NCBI GenBank assembly: GCA_002633005.1
Contig: NMRA01000683.1
Location: 144,057-208,056 of the forward strand
Length of the DNA stretch: 64,000 bases
DNA from: Phoronis australis
Taxonomy: Eukaryota > Animalia > Phoronida
Reading direction: 5' to 3'
How positions within the stretch are numbered: the stretch's first letter is position 1; each line of letters begins with the position of its first letter. Under the pieces are notes generated by a model that saw only the letters and a program-made list of their open reading frames with translations, was not told the origin of the DNA and did not search any database. This document shows positions 1 through 12,468 of this stretch, piece by piece. The translations under genes and the position numbers were made by a program.

Positions 1-22
1 TGTACTCAATGGCTAGGGAAAG

Positions 23-177
23 CAGGGGCGGATCCAGGATTTTGAGTTGGGGGGGCAAGTCAGAGTATTAGCCAGGTTTTTGCTCGTCAGACGTTCCCGC
101 CTCCGAAATGCCAAATAGATCTAGGCGAAATTTAGGGAGGCCATGGCCCCCTTGGCCCACCTCTAAATCCACCACTG
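23..177. mobile_element. MITE with short TIRs and 4-bp TSD (AAAG)
   Basis: Ends CAGGGGCGGAT...ATCCACCACTG, flanked by AAAG at 19-22 and 178-181. The paralogous site at ~47177-47200 is empty. Confidence 0.75.
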
Positions 178-527
178 AAAGGGTCATCTACTGAATAGTT
201 CACTATTTCATAGTTACACTGTGGCGGACAAGTATCAGTCGCAGAACAATGCAATGAAATTACAAGTATATCTCTTTAAGTTAGAAAGCAAATTGTAATA
301 ACAATGCTTTTTACGAGATTTAACACGGTTGTGTGGTTTAAATTAATTGATAATGCGATTTGTGAAGGAAAACAGTTTCTAGTTTACGGTACGTAATAGT
401 GTAAACGCGGTTAATCTTTGCAGTCCAAGACACGGCACTGGGCGTGACACGTTTTATGCCTAAATTGTTCGTCAACCGGGATAACAAATACATCATGAGT
501 ATAGCTCATTCTTTTCTATCTTTACAG

Positions 528-675
528 CAAACCCTGTGGAGGCAAACCGAGATTCCGTTGCCGCAATCGCATACACGGGGTCGCTGTCAGACTTGTACGA
601 TGCGCGAAAGACCGTCGGAGATACATTCCGAAGATGATCCCATACCCGGATGGCTGTATTTGCGAAAAACGTTGA
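528..675 (+). CDS. Last coding exon of paralog A of the secreted cationic cystine-knot-like peptide (upstream exons lie outside the window)
   Basis: Acceptor tttacag ends at 527. Phase-2 reading KPCGGKPRFRCRNRIHGVAVRLVRCAKDRRRYIPKMIPYPDGCICEKR* aligns without gaps to exon 47531-47687. AATAAA at 797-802. Not in the ORF-track frame. Confidence 0.85.
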
Positions 676-2570
676 CTAAATGCTAGGGAATTTGAATTAT
701 GAGGATCGCTATGGCTTGCTTCAGATCGCTGTCTCGTCAATAAGTTAAAATTACAGTTTGATGTACTGAGATTAAAGAGAAGCAATTAAATTTAAAAATA
801 AAGCAAAATAAGCGCACTATAGATGTTTTACGAATACATTGGATGAGTTACGTAATTTTTTGCACGAAATAGTCGAGACATTCGACAAACACACTGTGAA
901 ATAGAAAATACAAAGACAATTAGCCAGTGCAATGTTTCTATTTGCCTTGGTTTGTTGTTACTTGAGGTCATTTATGTTAAACGTCAAATGACAAGATTTT
1001 TAGAGACACCAAAATCCTCAAGATCAGTCTGATACAGTAGGGACACGTCTGCTTTGTTTTGCTTCCGCTTAATCAACGCTGAACTCTTCAAGGTAGATCA
1101 CAATTCTCAAGTAAAATATTACCATTATCGCAAAAAGCTGACACCAAACAACGATAGACGGAGTCAAGAAACGCAGACAGCAGACGAACGTTTTGCTAAA
1201 AATAGGATCGATTATGGTTTTCAGTTTTCTTGAGATATCAAAGTTCTGAGCATAAATGTATACTGCACAATTATGGCAAAACGTTTTTCGCTTGATTTGA
1301 AACGGGTTTTGGCAGAGTTTTGATGGATACGTTATCGATGTAATTCACCTATTTCTGAAGGCCCAGATCAAATACAGCAGCCCTTTCACCGTGACCATAC
1401 GTAGGAATTTTCATCGGTAAATTTCTTGCCCTTAGTTTTCGGAACTTGCACATGATAATTTTTTCCATCAAAACACTGCACACGATTCCTGAACTGCAGC
1501 TCTACCGTGAATGCATTTGTGATATACTTTTCTGTATTACACTACATGTATGTGTTTTATGGCAATTCTCATGGCCTTACACAAACTCTATGGAATAAAT
1601 GTTATCACTGTAAGAACTGCGGGCACGGTGCTTCACATAATGTCGCAGTAACTCGTGTGCAGACACACCCATCAATACTTGCATGAAAACACAAACGTTA
1701 AACATCACAAAACAGCCAACAACCTTAAGTTTTGTTGTTTGCTATCCCTTATTTTACGATTTTAGTCTATTTTAACTGTTTGGATTAGAAAATAGGAGGC
1801 ACTTCGAGAGCCAGCGCAAAATGTTGAATATTTTCAAGAAACGCGTATGTTTTTAAAAATCGTCAAAATTAATATTTATTTTTGACACTTGAACTGAACA
1901 AAAATCGTGCGCAGCATGCTAGTTTCCAGCGACAGTTGATAATAGGTTATTTTTATGACTAGAGTCTTGTGGTACAACAAAATGTAAGAGAATAGTTAAA
2001 TAAAGGCACATGGATAACATCAGCCCATGGGAGCCGAGAGCAGTTCAAATTCAAGACTCGTGCGTGATAAGCCAATATAGAGGCTGCTAATAACTATAAC
2101 CTACGCATAAGAAATTAGGGACCAGGCCAAAAGTAAAAAGCTGGTATATGGTAGAAGAGGCCATTTACTCACATAAATGTATTGAACGAAAGAAACACCA
2201 TTTATGTTCGACACCTGGACTGAACAAAAATCATGCGTCGCAACTCGTTTCCAGTGATGAAAAGGAGACCGCAAGTTGGCGAAAATACATGTACAGTGTA
2301 GCTTCATTTATAGCTGGCAGACTATCAGGCGTCAAGTGAAAGCACGTGGTCCGAGAGGAATTTAAAGGGAACATTGACGGGTGTCGAACGGATTTAGAGA
2401 GATTAATTCGACGCTACTCTCTGGAAATTACCGAATGCCCAAAAGACCGCGCTGCAAATTGAGGGTGTTAAAGCTCTATCTGGCACACTACTGTGCGAAG
2501 CTCATACATTTATTTTGGCTATTTGACTAAATTGGCAATGCATTCCACCCGGTAGCTACTGGCTGCAAGC

Positions 2571-3423
2571 GATCGTTCTAAAACCCCCCTCGACCACCAC
2601 ATCCCAGGACCCCTTCGACTCACATCTCCCTGGCCCCACAACCCTCTCGACCCACGACCTTACGCTTCTTACACAATTCAGAATCATATTACTTCGCTGT
2701 ATGACTGTCCCATAAGACATTCCAACACGAGAATATGCTCTAGCTCAAGAATTGTTGCTTAAAACGGAAATTCGCGTAAGAACATACAGTATGACCTGAA
2801 TTAGCGATTTGTGAGCGTGTTGTCGTTGTCACGGAAATAGTTCCACGAGCGGCTCAGAATTACTATGTTCAATTAAACTTAGGGACATGGTACGTCAACG
2901 TGAATGGACATAATTTCACATTTTTATTATTTGTTTACCGTTCCATACTCGTTTACAATATACTCCACATAAAGTTTATGCAATATTTTAGTTAACAGTT
3001 TGTTTTTCAAACTTTATTTACTGAAGAAATTACATATTCGCCGGTTCCTCGAACGCTCCCAAAAACTTTGAATCTGCCATTCACTGAAGAGCAGACGAGA
3101 CACTTTGCCGGGAACGACAATTATACAGTGGGTATGTCTTTTGTTTTGCTGGCGTTGTTTCTTTTTCTGATTTTGACTTTCAAACTTGATGATTTGACGC
3201 TCTTAATTTTGCAAAAAATTAGGGAAAAAGCCAGCCGAACTCACGGGCAGATTAGTTGGACCTGCAGGTAAGCGCTTACTCCACGTTCAGATGAATTCGA
3301 GTTTTTATGTAGAATGAGTCGAGGGGTTGTGCGCTGTGGGTCGAGGAGACCCTGGATCGAGGGGGTGGTGAGGTGTGGGGTTTGAGGGGGGTAAGGGGGT
3401 CGTGGGGTTTTTAGCACAATCCC
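2571..3423. mobile_element. Non-autonomous TIR element with 9-bp TSD (Mutator-like)
   Basis: TIR of the form GATTGTTCTAAAACCCC...GGGGTTTTTAGCACAATC. Flanks GCTGCAAGC (2562-2570) and GCTTCAAGC (3424-3432). A shorter copy sits at the same site in duplicate B. Confidence 0.7.
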
Positions 3424-4413
3424 GCTTCAAGCTCCCCTCTCTGTCCAATCGTGACTCCTGGTAGTCTCGAATGTGGTACAGCAAGTCAGTAGACCGACCC
3501 TAATTCCCCCTGACGTTTCCTCCGGCATGAGCTTCCGTGTCAAGGTTCCTCGTCTTAGAATTGCAAATGCGTAAAGCATCAGTTAGGATCAGTGAAGGTA
3601 GTTATCATTCCGCTGACTGGCCGAGACACTTTTAAATTATTACTTGTTTGTTGAAAATGCTCTTTGGTCACGATGCAATTTAGAACTCGTTTAAAAACTA
3701 CACGGGTTTATTTTTCAGCGCTAAAAATTACCCTTGACGTCATTTGCACAAGGTACAAATTAATGTTACTCCAGTACCACTCTGCTATTGCTTACCGTAG
3801 AAATGCCTGTTGACCATTTAAGTATCATAAAAATGTCCATTGCCTCTTCAATATTTTCAAATGGTTCGGCGGGTCCGATAAAAATTGACACAAAATCAAA
3901 TAGCCGGGCGTCCGGTAAGGTAGCTCAAGTGGAGTTTTGAGTGTACTTGAATGCTGCAGCACGCCCTGGTGACCTCATCAATAATGACAGAGCTTTTTAT
4001 ATTCTTTGATTATTTTGAACATCACAGTCACCGATTAGAAAAATGAAGTATTTGTATTTGTAGTAAGACATTACCGGGCAAGGTCTAATATTTTGGCACA
4101 TTTGAACGTGCTTTCAAATGTATCTTCAAACATTCAGATTTGCATGGGACCGAGCGCTGTGATTTGAAGATGAAGTCTTCGCCTGCAAAATCACACTTCG
4201 GACTCGGCATATTGCATGTTAGTGGCACTGGGGTGGGTTGTTTCACCCCTACAACAGTCAACGCTTTTTAATATGTGACGCATACTTCTTAGAGTCTATC
4301 GATGAGTGTAAAATGTAACGCCGTGAATACAAAAAAGCACCGAGAGTGGAGAACATGAAGTAACATCTCACGAGACAATAATCCGCGGAATAATGTGTAG
4401 TGGGATATATATG

Positions 4414-4575
4414 TAGATTATTACATGGCGAAGTCGTTATCCCCCGTTATCTAGAGCCCGAGTGGATTTTGGAGAATTATCGCCCGAGGGGCGTTAGCCC
4501 CGAGGGTGATAATTCTCCAAAATCCACGAGGGCTCTAGATAAGGGGGATAACGGCTGAGAACATGTAATAATCTA
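4414..4575. repeat. Long imperfect palindrome (~160 bp hairpin), probably the end of a foldback-type element
   Basis: Arms tagattattacatg...gtggattttggagaattatc and gataattctccaaaatccac...catgtaataatcta around a 4-nt loop (gtta). Confidence 0.85.
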
Positions 4576-5121
4576 TTTATACCACATACTAAACGAGAAA
4601 TATTGCAATGAATCGATTTACCTTTTCTGACTCTCCACGGCTTTGTAACTACTTTCTATGTCAGAGGCCCGGGGTCGGAGGTCGTGACCTTTTAAGAAAA
4701 GCCCGGCTATTTTTGTCAAATAATGCTTTTACTCAAAACCAATTGAAAACTTAAATATTATATAAATAAATTGAATTTATAAATTAAGGTTTACCAACTA
4801 TTATAGCTTAAAACACGTTTTTTCACGCTAAGCTTTGACCGGGAAATTATCGTCTGCTAAAGTAGGTTACCCCTGGTAACTGAATATAATTCTCAAGTCA
4901 AAGATCCTGACGACACGATACCCGCATTCAAACTATAGATCGGTGATTTACAAGTAAGAGGACATGAGAGAAAAATTTCACCGAATTAAGATATCATTTT
5001 TATGGAAATTATGTGTCGTATTTTTCGTAGCGTATAAGTACAGTGCAATGTGGTTTGTTGAACGGGCGATTATTGCGCGTGCTCCTTTAAGTATTCTATT
5101 TTCACTCTTAATGACGTCAGT

Positions 5122-5192
5122 CGCTGCGTGGTGTAGTGGTAAAGTCGGCGACTAGCAATATTAGGGTCCCGGGTTCGACCCCGTCCTCGGTT
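5122..5192 (+). pseudogene. Degenerate tRNA-like sequence (tRNA pseudogene or SINE head)
   Basis: A-box TGGTGTAGTGGT (5129-5140) and B-box GGTTCGACCCC (5172-5182) at tRNA-like spacing. Acceptor and anticodon stems do not pair well. Confidence 0.55.
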
Positions 5193-5829
5193 TCCCGCCA
5201 AATCGTTATCTCACAAGTGAGATAACTTTATGGGTTATTACACGGTTGTATTTGCCATTTGACGCTAATATTGTGGTATAAAATAGGTTATCCCACATAT
5301 ACAGGAATACTACTGCCATATCCTGTCGAAAATTCATTTCATCTGGTAATGTCCCAACGAGACCGCAGTTCGAAATGGGGCATTCTTTAGGTGAAATGAA
5401 TTCGACTCACCAACGCCTGAATTGTGCACGTTTGTCTCATTTTTGTAAATTTTTGTGAATGTTTTGTACTGTATCTTATCTGTCGATCGTGTCCTCTAAC
5501 TGACATTGAATTAGACGTGTTACGTCATATCAATCACACCTACTTCCACGCCGGTTACACGATGCCTAGTCCTAAACAAAACGCAGGGGTGTCGAAGGAC
5601 GTAAGCAACAGAGGGACTTCCGACTTGATTAATGAAAAGTTTGAGAAGCTTACTTTTGCAATCGAGTCTTTACGGATCCAACACATTCAAGGTTCTAAAT
5701 AGTCTCAGCTGGAGCAAACTAGCAACTCGCAGTAAACTCCACCTGTTCGTGTACATATAGCATTGGAGTACTATCACGTTCCGGAGCATATCATTCGCAT
5801 GTTAACATATTATTTCCGAGGTCTAGTTG

Positions 5830-8690
5830 AAGTTTACTGCAGGTGCCGTCACTACAGACTGGATGAAGTTGGAAAGAGGGATAATAACTTGATGTAACAT
5901 TTCTCTTACTCTGTTCATCATGGCGATGATAAATTTTCCGATAAAGGCCGAAGAAAGAGAATGTAGGGATCCGAGACTACAGTCCGGTATCGTGGTGCAT
6001 TTAATGGGAGCATTTACGGACGGCTTGATAATAATTACGGTGATGCATGTGCAAGCTCGGTTGGTGTTGGCAGCACCAGCAGACAATGTAATATGGGTTC
6101 GTTTGAAGTACAAGTCGAGACTCCTGATAATGAGAGGCGAGAAAGTGGTCAACAGATTCACCTTGACCATTCAAGGCGAAGAAAGTCCACCAATTGTTAA
6201 CAACCCCATCAAGTGCCTAGTAGGCAAATGGTACGATGATCTCCTGTGCGACAAGAACAACACCAAGCAGATGGAGACTCAGGTCAAAGAGTGGCTGAAG
6301 AATATAGAGAAAAGCGGTCTTCCTGGCAAGTACAAGGCGTGGAGTTACCAGCAGGGCCTGTTACCTCGTGCAACATGGGGTCTTATGCTGTACGGCATCG
6401 TGATATCTGCAGCGGAGTGCCTTGAAAGAGCAGTAACCAAGTGGCTGGGAGCCCCAAGAAGCTTCACAGAGATTGGTCTTTACAGCACAACTGCAGAGCT
6501 TCAGCTGCCACTAGCGTCAATTACGAAGGAGTTTAAAGTAGCAAAGTGTAGGCTGGTACCAACATTACGCGACTCTAGAGATTCGAAGGTGAGGGAGGAA
6601 GGTGTCATGACGACATCAGGGAAACAGTGGTGAGTGGGCACATCTGTCAGCCAGACGGAGAGCTTGTTACAGAACAGAGATACAATTGATAGCACCTGCG
6701 TAGGACGTCAGGGGTTGGGGACATCCAAGTTCCAACAGTGGGAGAAGGCGAATGAGAGGCATCGGAGAGAGATGGTGTCAGATGTTTGACTGTGGGTTTG
6801 TTTAAAAGGTAGCTATGCTTTGAGATTGTGCGTAGATGGAGAGTGAATAATCAAATCCAGTAATTAATTTATTATATGATAACCCTTAATAATACAAATG
6901 AAACCAATTGTTAATTAAATAATCAAGTACAAAGAGAAACTACGCTAGCGCCCTCTTTAAAGATTACTTTAATCAAACAACCAAAACGGTCAAATGTCTT
7001 ATCTGCTATCCAAGCTAGGACTCTCCACTTGTTGGATGTCTGTCCTGTTGGTGAATCTTCGAACTACACACACACTGTATAGCGACAGTGTACTTGCTGG
7101 TCACCGTCTCTGGTGATGCAACACTTGCAGACAATTTCTTCTACCCGCGACTCTTCTTGCTGGTCACAGTCTCTGGCTGATGACACAACACTTCAGGTAG
7201 TATATTACTATCCACAATGCAAGTGACAAGCTCTTTGTTAACTTACTGTTCGTTAACCCTTGCCCTTGCCAAGATCCTTTCTAGGATCTTCCACGAGATG
7301 GCTCTGTCGTACAATTTCCTCTGTACACTGTAGCAAGTATTTATGCTTCAACTACTATAGCTCATCTAATTATCTTGTTGATTTCAGCCCATAATATAAC
7401 ATTCTACTTATTTAGTGATTGGCTAATAAAAACCACATGATCCTATCCACTCATATTATTGGCTGTTACAATTTGTTCTCAGAATTGTCTAGAATCTCTA
7501 GAGTACTTTGACCCCAGAACCCAAAGTTGTAAACACCATCTAAAAATAGATTTTGACGTTAAAATACATGTCAACAAGTGTGACCCCATGACTTAAAAGT
7601 ACATATGCACAAATTTTGGGCAACTTAAAATGGATCTATTCTTACTAATTACTTAATCAATATTTATTCTGACAGATGGTCCAAGCTGAGGTGAGAGCAT
7701 CAGCAGAGGAAGTGCGGAAAGCTAAATCAGTCCAACTGAGCCAGAGGGAACATGGACCAGGTGGAATTTTCCAGACAGGAAGATATTGTGTGGAGACATG
7801 TGGAGGATGGAGTCAATGCGTATTCAGTTTCTACTCCGCTCGGCTTACGACGTGTTACCATCGCCTGCGAACGTTCTACGTTTGGGCCTAGTGAATAACC
7901 CAGCCTGCCAGTTGTGTGGAGGAACAAGTACACTGGCCCACATCTTATCAGGGTGCAAGATGACACTTCAGCAGGGCCGATACAGATGGCATCACGACCA
8001 AGTACTGAAGACCCTAGCAGACATCATAGATGGAGAGCGTAAGGCAAGAGCAATACAGCCTAAGGCAAGTAGCCACATACAATTCGTTAGGGCAGGTGAG
8101 ATACGGAAGAAGTCACGTCAGCAGACTTGCATTCTGGGTGGAATAAGCTGGGAAATGAGAGTAGATCTTGGAATTAGAAAGCTTGTGTTCCCGAGTATTG
8201 TTGAAACATCACTGCGGCAAGACATCATTCTGTGGTCGGATATTCGTCAACGCATTGTGATTATAGAGCTCATAGTCCTTTGGGGGGGAAGTATGCGAAG
8301 AAGCCCATGAGAGGAAGTTATCTAAGTACAGCGAGCTGGCGGAGATATGCAGAGCTTGAGGCTGGCGGACTTGGTTGTTTCCTTTAGAGGTGGAATGTAG
8401 ATAATTCCCTCCAAGATCTGTACGGTGGTTGCTGGAGAAGATCGGTGTCCGAGGGGGAAGGAAGAAAGCTGCTGCAGTGAGAAGACTGGGTGAGACAGCT
8501 GAGAGGACATCTTGTTGGCTGCGGTAACATCAGAATGAAGGAAGTTGGAGGCCCCCGTCATGCACAGTGGGTTGGCCGCCTCTGTGAATTCACCAGTGGA
8601 GACCGTTATGATTCAGGGACGAAACCAGTCAAGGAATCTGGAGGCCATCTGACGATATCAAGCCAGGCTTTCAAGTACAAGTTAATGTAT
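5830..8690 (+). mobile_element. 5'-truncated, degenerate non-LTR retrotransposon with restriction-like endonuclease (R2 group, Hero-like)
   Basis: RT C-terminal half (AFTDGL for FxDD; KSGLPGKYKAWSYQQGLLPR), CCHC knuckle CQLCGGTSTLAHILSGC, RWHHDQVL and RLE motif RQDIILWS...IEL. Stops and frameshifts; split by a solo LTR. Confidence 0.85.
6776..7674. mobile_element. Solo LTR (899 bp) inserted in the Hero-like LINE
   Basis: Termini TGTCAGA...TCTGACA with perfect 5-bp TSD GATGG (6771-6775, 7675-7679). The LINE sequence resumes directly after it. Confidence 0.85.
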
Positions 8691-10635
8691 GACGGTTAAA
8701 AGAGGCTCTTGGTTCAGCTGTTACTACTGAAAAGGGGGCGACAAGACGTCAGACTGCATAGAAGCCTGCCAACTATTGAGGCAGATAACATCACTGTAAG
8801 TAAACATATCGTATTGAAAATTCTGTGGAACCACGTTAATTTAGTGTCCCAAAATTATTGCGTAGAACGTTTATCAAAACTCTCACCAACATTTCCACTG
8901 TCATGTCGTGAACGTTTGTGGCCTTAAGTCCATGGTTAACTTTTAATTATTATTGAATTTGTTGGAAACGGATTTGTGTATTACAAACCCAGTCATCGTG
9001 CAATGCCGCTATCAGTTTCTAATCAAAGATGATAGCGAAATCTTGACTAAAATCTAAAGCGTTCCACATTTCATTAATTTGCTGGTTATGGTTCACGATT
9101 CAGAACACAAAACTGTGGCTCAACCAGCTTGCAACTAGGTTGATTCAGTTCACAAAATTCAAAGCGGACGCAACTGAGCACAAGTGCACGAGGTTTAGAT
9201 AAAATGATAAAGAAATTCTCAATGCTTGTTTTTGGATAGTTTTCACAAAATGGCTCGTTCACTTTCGGGGCGTCAGTGTCGAGGTAACCTGTTGCGTTTA
9301 GGGTCGTTTTATTTAATTTCTGTGAAACATGGTGTTCGAACTTCAGCAAATCGGTGTACTTGCCCAATTTTCATTTTTCACACTTCCTAATTAAGGTACC
9401 GCAAACTAATGAGAATCTGCCACTTTCACGCTTTTTATTGATTCAAATACTAGGGTCGAAGAACATCTTCATTTCTGTAGAGAGGATAAAACACTTGTGT
9501 GGATGTTTGGCTACTGTAGCTTAATACAGATTCGCTCATATTCAACCTAGCTAACCATAAACAGCGTCGTACTTTCAGCAAGGTTTCTATGCACGAAGAG
9601 ATCCTTCCAATTTTTTAAGAGTTGCATAAGCAAAGCTCTTCGTTGCGTTAAGCAGTGAAAATCAGGCCTCAAACAACGGGGATCTTCATAATTCCTATTG
9701 TGTACCTTCATTTCTGCTTCGTCACGCTGCAAAGAACTTCGCTTTTGTGACTCTAATCCGGTTCAGTAGACCAACTATGCGATGCGACATAACGTACACA
9801 GTATTCCACCAAGCTGCACTGAGAAATGGAAGTTGTGCCTTGTAGATGTTGTTTATTTTTATAACTAGACTGTAACTGAATTTACTTTGTAGTAAGCACT
9901 TGTGCATGAATTCCGTATGACAACCCACTTTCAATGAAAACTAGTCCAAATCCCTCAGAAATATCAGACTGTGTTGTTTTAAGAATGTAGGGGCCTGTTC
10001 AACATAGAATTGTTGCGCTTTTTGTATGAGCGTTATAAGTTATTCTAATGATTCGGTGACCGCAGGTATAGCCGATTAGTCCCCAGTTCTCAAAAAAATA
10101 TTTCCCTAAGTTCAACATAACACAATTTAAGAACTTACACATCATTGTGGAAGGAGCCCCTGTTCTTTGAAATCGATAGGAATGTTTTCAATATGGGACA
10201 AAATGATATCACGGTGGGTATCCTCACGTTAAGATGTAAGTCGCAAGTAAAATTTTCCAGTCTGCAATCAGTTCTTCGTAACAAACCACAGATTGTTATA
10301 TTTACAAACAGTATTGTGTTTGTGGATAGATCAGAAATAATCGATTTTTGAAGTTGGTTTATGCGTAAACAAGATTTAACATCTCAACCTCCTCGTTTCC
10401 AAAAGTAGTCCTACTCTGCATCCACAGCTGTCAAGACGTTTCTCACATTATCGCAATGGTTGCATCTAGGGACGCCCTTGAAATACTTTTGAAACAGCAC
10501 TCGCTGTCCATTATGGGAAGCCTGGTGAAAGAGTTGAACCATAAATCAGGTGATTTTAAAACCCCATGGTGTATTAGCAATTTGCTAAATATCCATTGTG
10601 TACATTGCACTGTGTCCTCTTTAAATAAATTCACC

Positions 10636-10702
10636 AATAACAATCACAATAACAACAACAACAACAACAATAATAATAGTCATAGAAATAATGATAATGA
10701 TA
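10636..10702. repeat. (AAC)n/(AAT)n microsatellite
   Basis: Directly visible trinucleotide run. Confidence 0.9.
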
Positions 10703-11106
10703 AGCGTATTCCTTTAGAAGAGGTATACGAAAATTGTCGCCCAAAAGGTGCACTGGTCTTTCACCGCAAAAAATACTCTCCAAAATGGTGCCCTTCTTGA
10801 AAAAAACAACAGGTAAAAGGGTGCCACATTTTAATTTTTGGAACAAAAATGTGAAACTTAACACAAAATTTCTCTCTAAATGGGCCAATTTTTGTCCAAA
10901 GCTACTCCCTAAATGGGTACTTGGTACCCAAATTTTTGGGTGGCGACCCTCAACCAAAAATACTCGAGTACCAGTCGACGTGCCAGATACCACTTGTTTG
11001 TAGTTTTGGTCATGTACTTTGTGAAATGAGGTTGGTTTCGTAATTATTACATTTATCGCATTACAGAGTGCGGGTGTCACAAGATGTTAAATTACGTGAT
11101 ATTTAA

Positions 11107-12170
11107 AGGAGAATGCCACCCAAAAATCAACCTATTTTGAATCAATTAAGATCGACTAGTTCCATTCGATAACTGCAAGTACAGCTCTTTTACCTGACAC
11201 CTGACGGCAGACGGAGGTGTTGAAATTAACCAATGACGTCAGAGGTTCAAATGCAATTTGTTCAGCAGTTAACAACACGCTTACTGGTGTCAGGTTATCG
11301 CTTGTCTAAATATATCGTTTTACACCAATAAATCTTCAAAACTGGATGTAAAGCCCTTGCTAATAACCTGAGTTATTGAACAAATGAGTTATTTTATTTC
11401 GCGATTACTGATTTTTAGGTATTTGAACGTACAATAGGCCAATTTATCAAGGTCGGTCGCGGTAGTTTGGGCAGGGTGTGTTCGGTGAAATTATTCGTCC
11501 GTGAAATACAGACAGTTGAACATAGCTGCGTGCTATAATTTTAGACTAGTTTTTTTACAGTTCTAAACACACAAAACGCTTGCTATTCCGGGCCAGTGGC
11601 TCGTAATCTGATCAGGCCCACCACGGCCGGACTGAAGATGTCACGAACACAAACCAGCCAACGTTGGAAACTAAGCTTCGAGTCACGAAAAGACTATACT
11701 GGTGATCCAAAGAAAAAATGTGCACGTGGTTATTTTTGTGAATTAGTCGCAAAACTGAAAATTTACTTACTAGCTAGTAGGGGGGCGCGAAGGCAGGTTA
11801 CCCTTCCACATCGGAACCGTCAAGTTAAAAGTTGTACAGTACCAATGATTCGAATAATGTATATGAATGTCTAAGTAAAGATTACCCTAACATCCTGACA
11901 ATAGGGTGTAAAATGGAGGTGTTGTTTCACAACAGCTTTCTCTCAGAAAACATTGAATTAGCATGCGCTCACACGGCCTCGGAGCCCGGTCAATTATTTT
12001 ATTGCATCTAAAGCCCGTAACACAGTATCTGGCTTCTCAAAACATTTGCACTCACGAACACTTCAGGGCATTACAATCTGTATCTAATGAGACATACTTT
12101 GTTTCAGTTTTATATAAGCATTGGATACGATTTACATATTTCAATGAAGACGCGACTTAGATCTGTTTAT
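11107..12170. mobile_element. Kolobok-like DNA transposon, truncated copy (left end only)
   Basis: TTAA followed by AGGAGAATGCCACCC terminus; collinear with 35426-36470. Confidence 0.75.
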
Positions 12171-12468
12171 TCTAGTTCAATTCAGTTCTTTAAAACTCTC
12201 TAAATAACGAATATTGTCACTGGAGTTCATGAAAACATGGCTGACAAATTATCGTATTTTCATAAACATCGTTCCATTTTTTTAAATGCACTCCAGAATT
12301 GATTGTGCGAAGTTTCCAGAAAAAATCAAATGTGTAAGAATCACTAACATGACTGAATACTTGAAAATGACATTCAGTTGTCGTAGGTTTTGCTGCTGCA
12401 AAAAGAGAATTTGTAGCTTAGAAATTATCTCTATGCCATACGATAGACTATTATTAATTATTAATATA

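Larger units (their letters stand above)
1..3825 (+). repeat. Segmental duplication copy A (partner ~47170-52850)
   Basis: Collinear similarity (roughly 80% by eye) across intron, last exon, 3' UTR and downstream flank, interrupted by copy-specific insertions. Confidence 0.9.

Noticed and set aside
444-686. ORF-track 80-aa protein
   Set aside because: Wrong frame. The real exon is the phase-2 frame from 528, which aligns with 47531-47687.
5122-5192. Functional tRNA gene
   Set aside because: A and B boxes are present, but the cloverleaf stems do not pair.
5424-5702. Possible LINE ORF1 start (coiled-coil-like LINEKFEKL)
   Set aside because: Too short and lacking diagnostic motifs.
8700-10440. 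Possible decayed coding sequence on the - strand
   Set aside because: Only short ORFs with no motif I can recognise.
10456-11080. Poly-Asn and poly-Cys/Tyr ORFs
   Set aside because: Translations of a trinucleotide microsatellite and adjacent repeat DNA.
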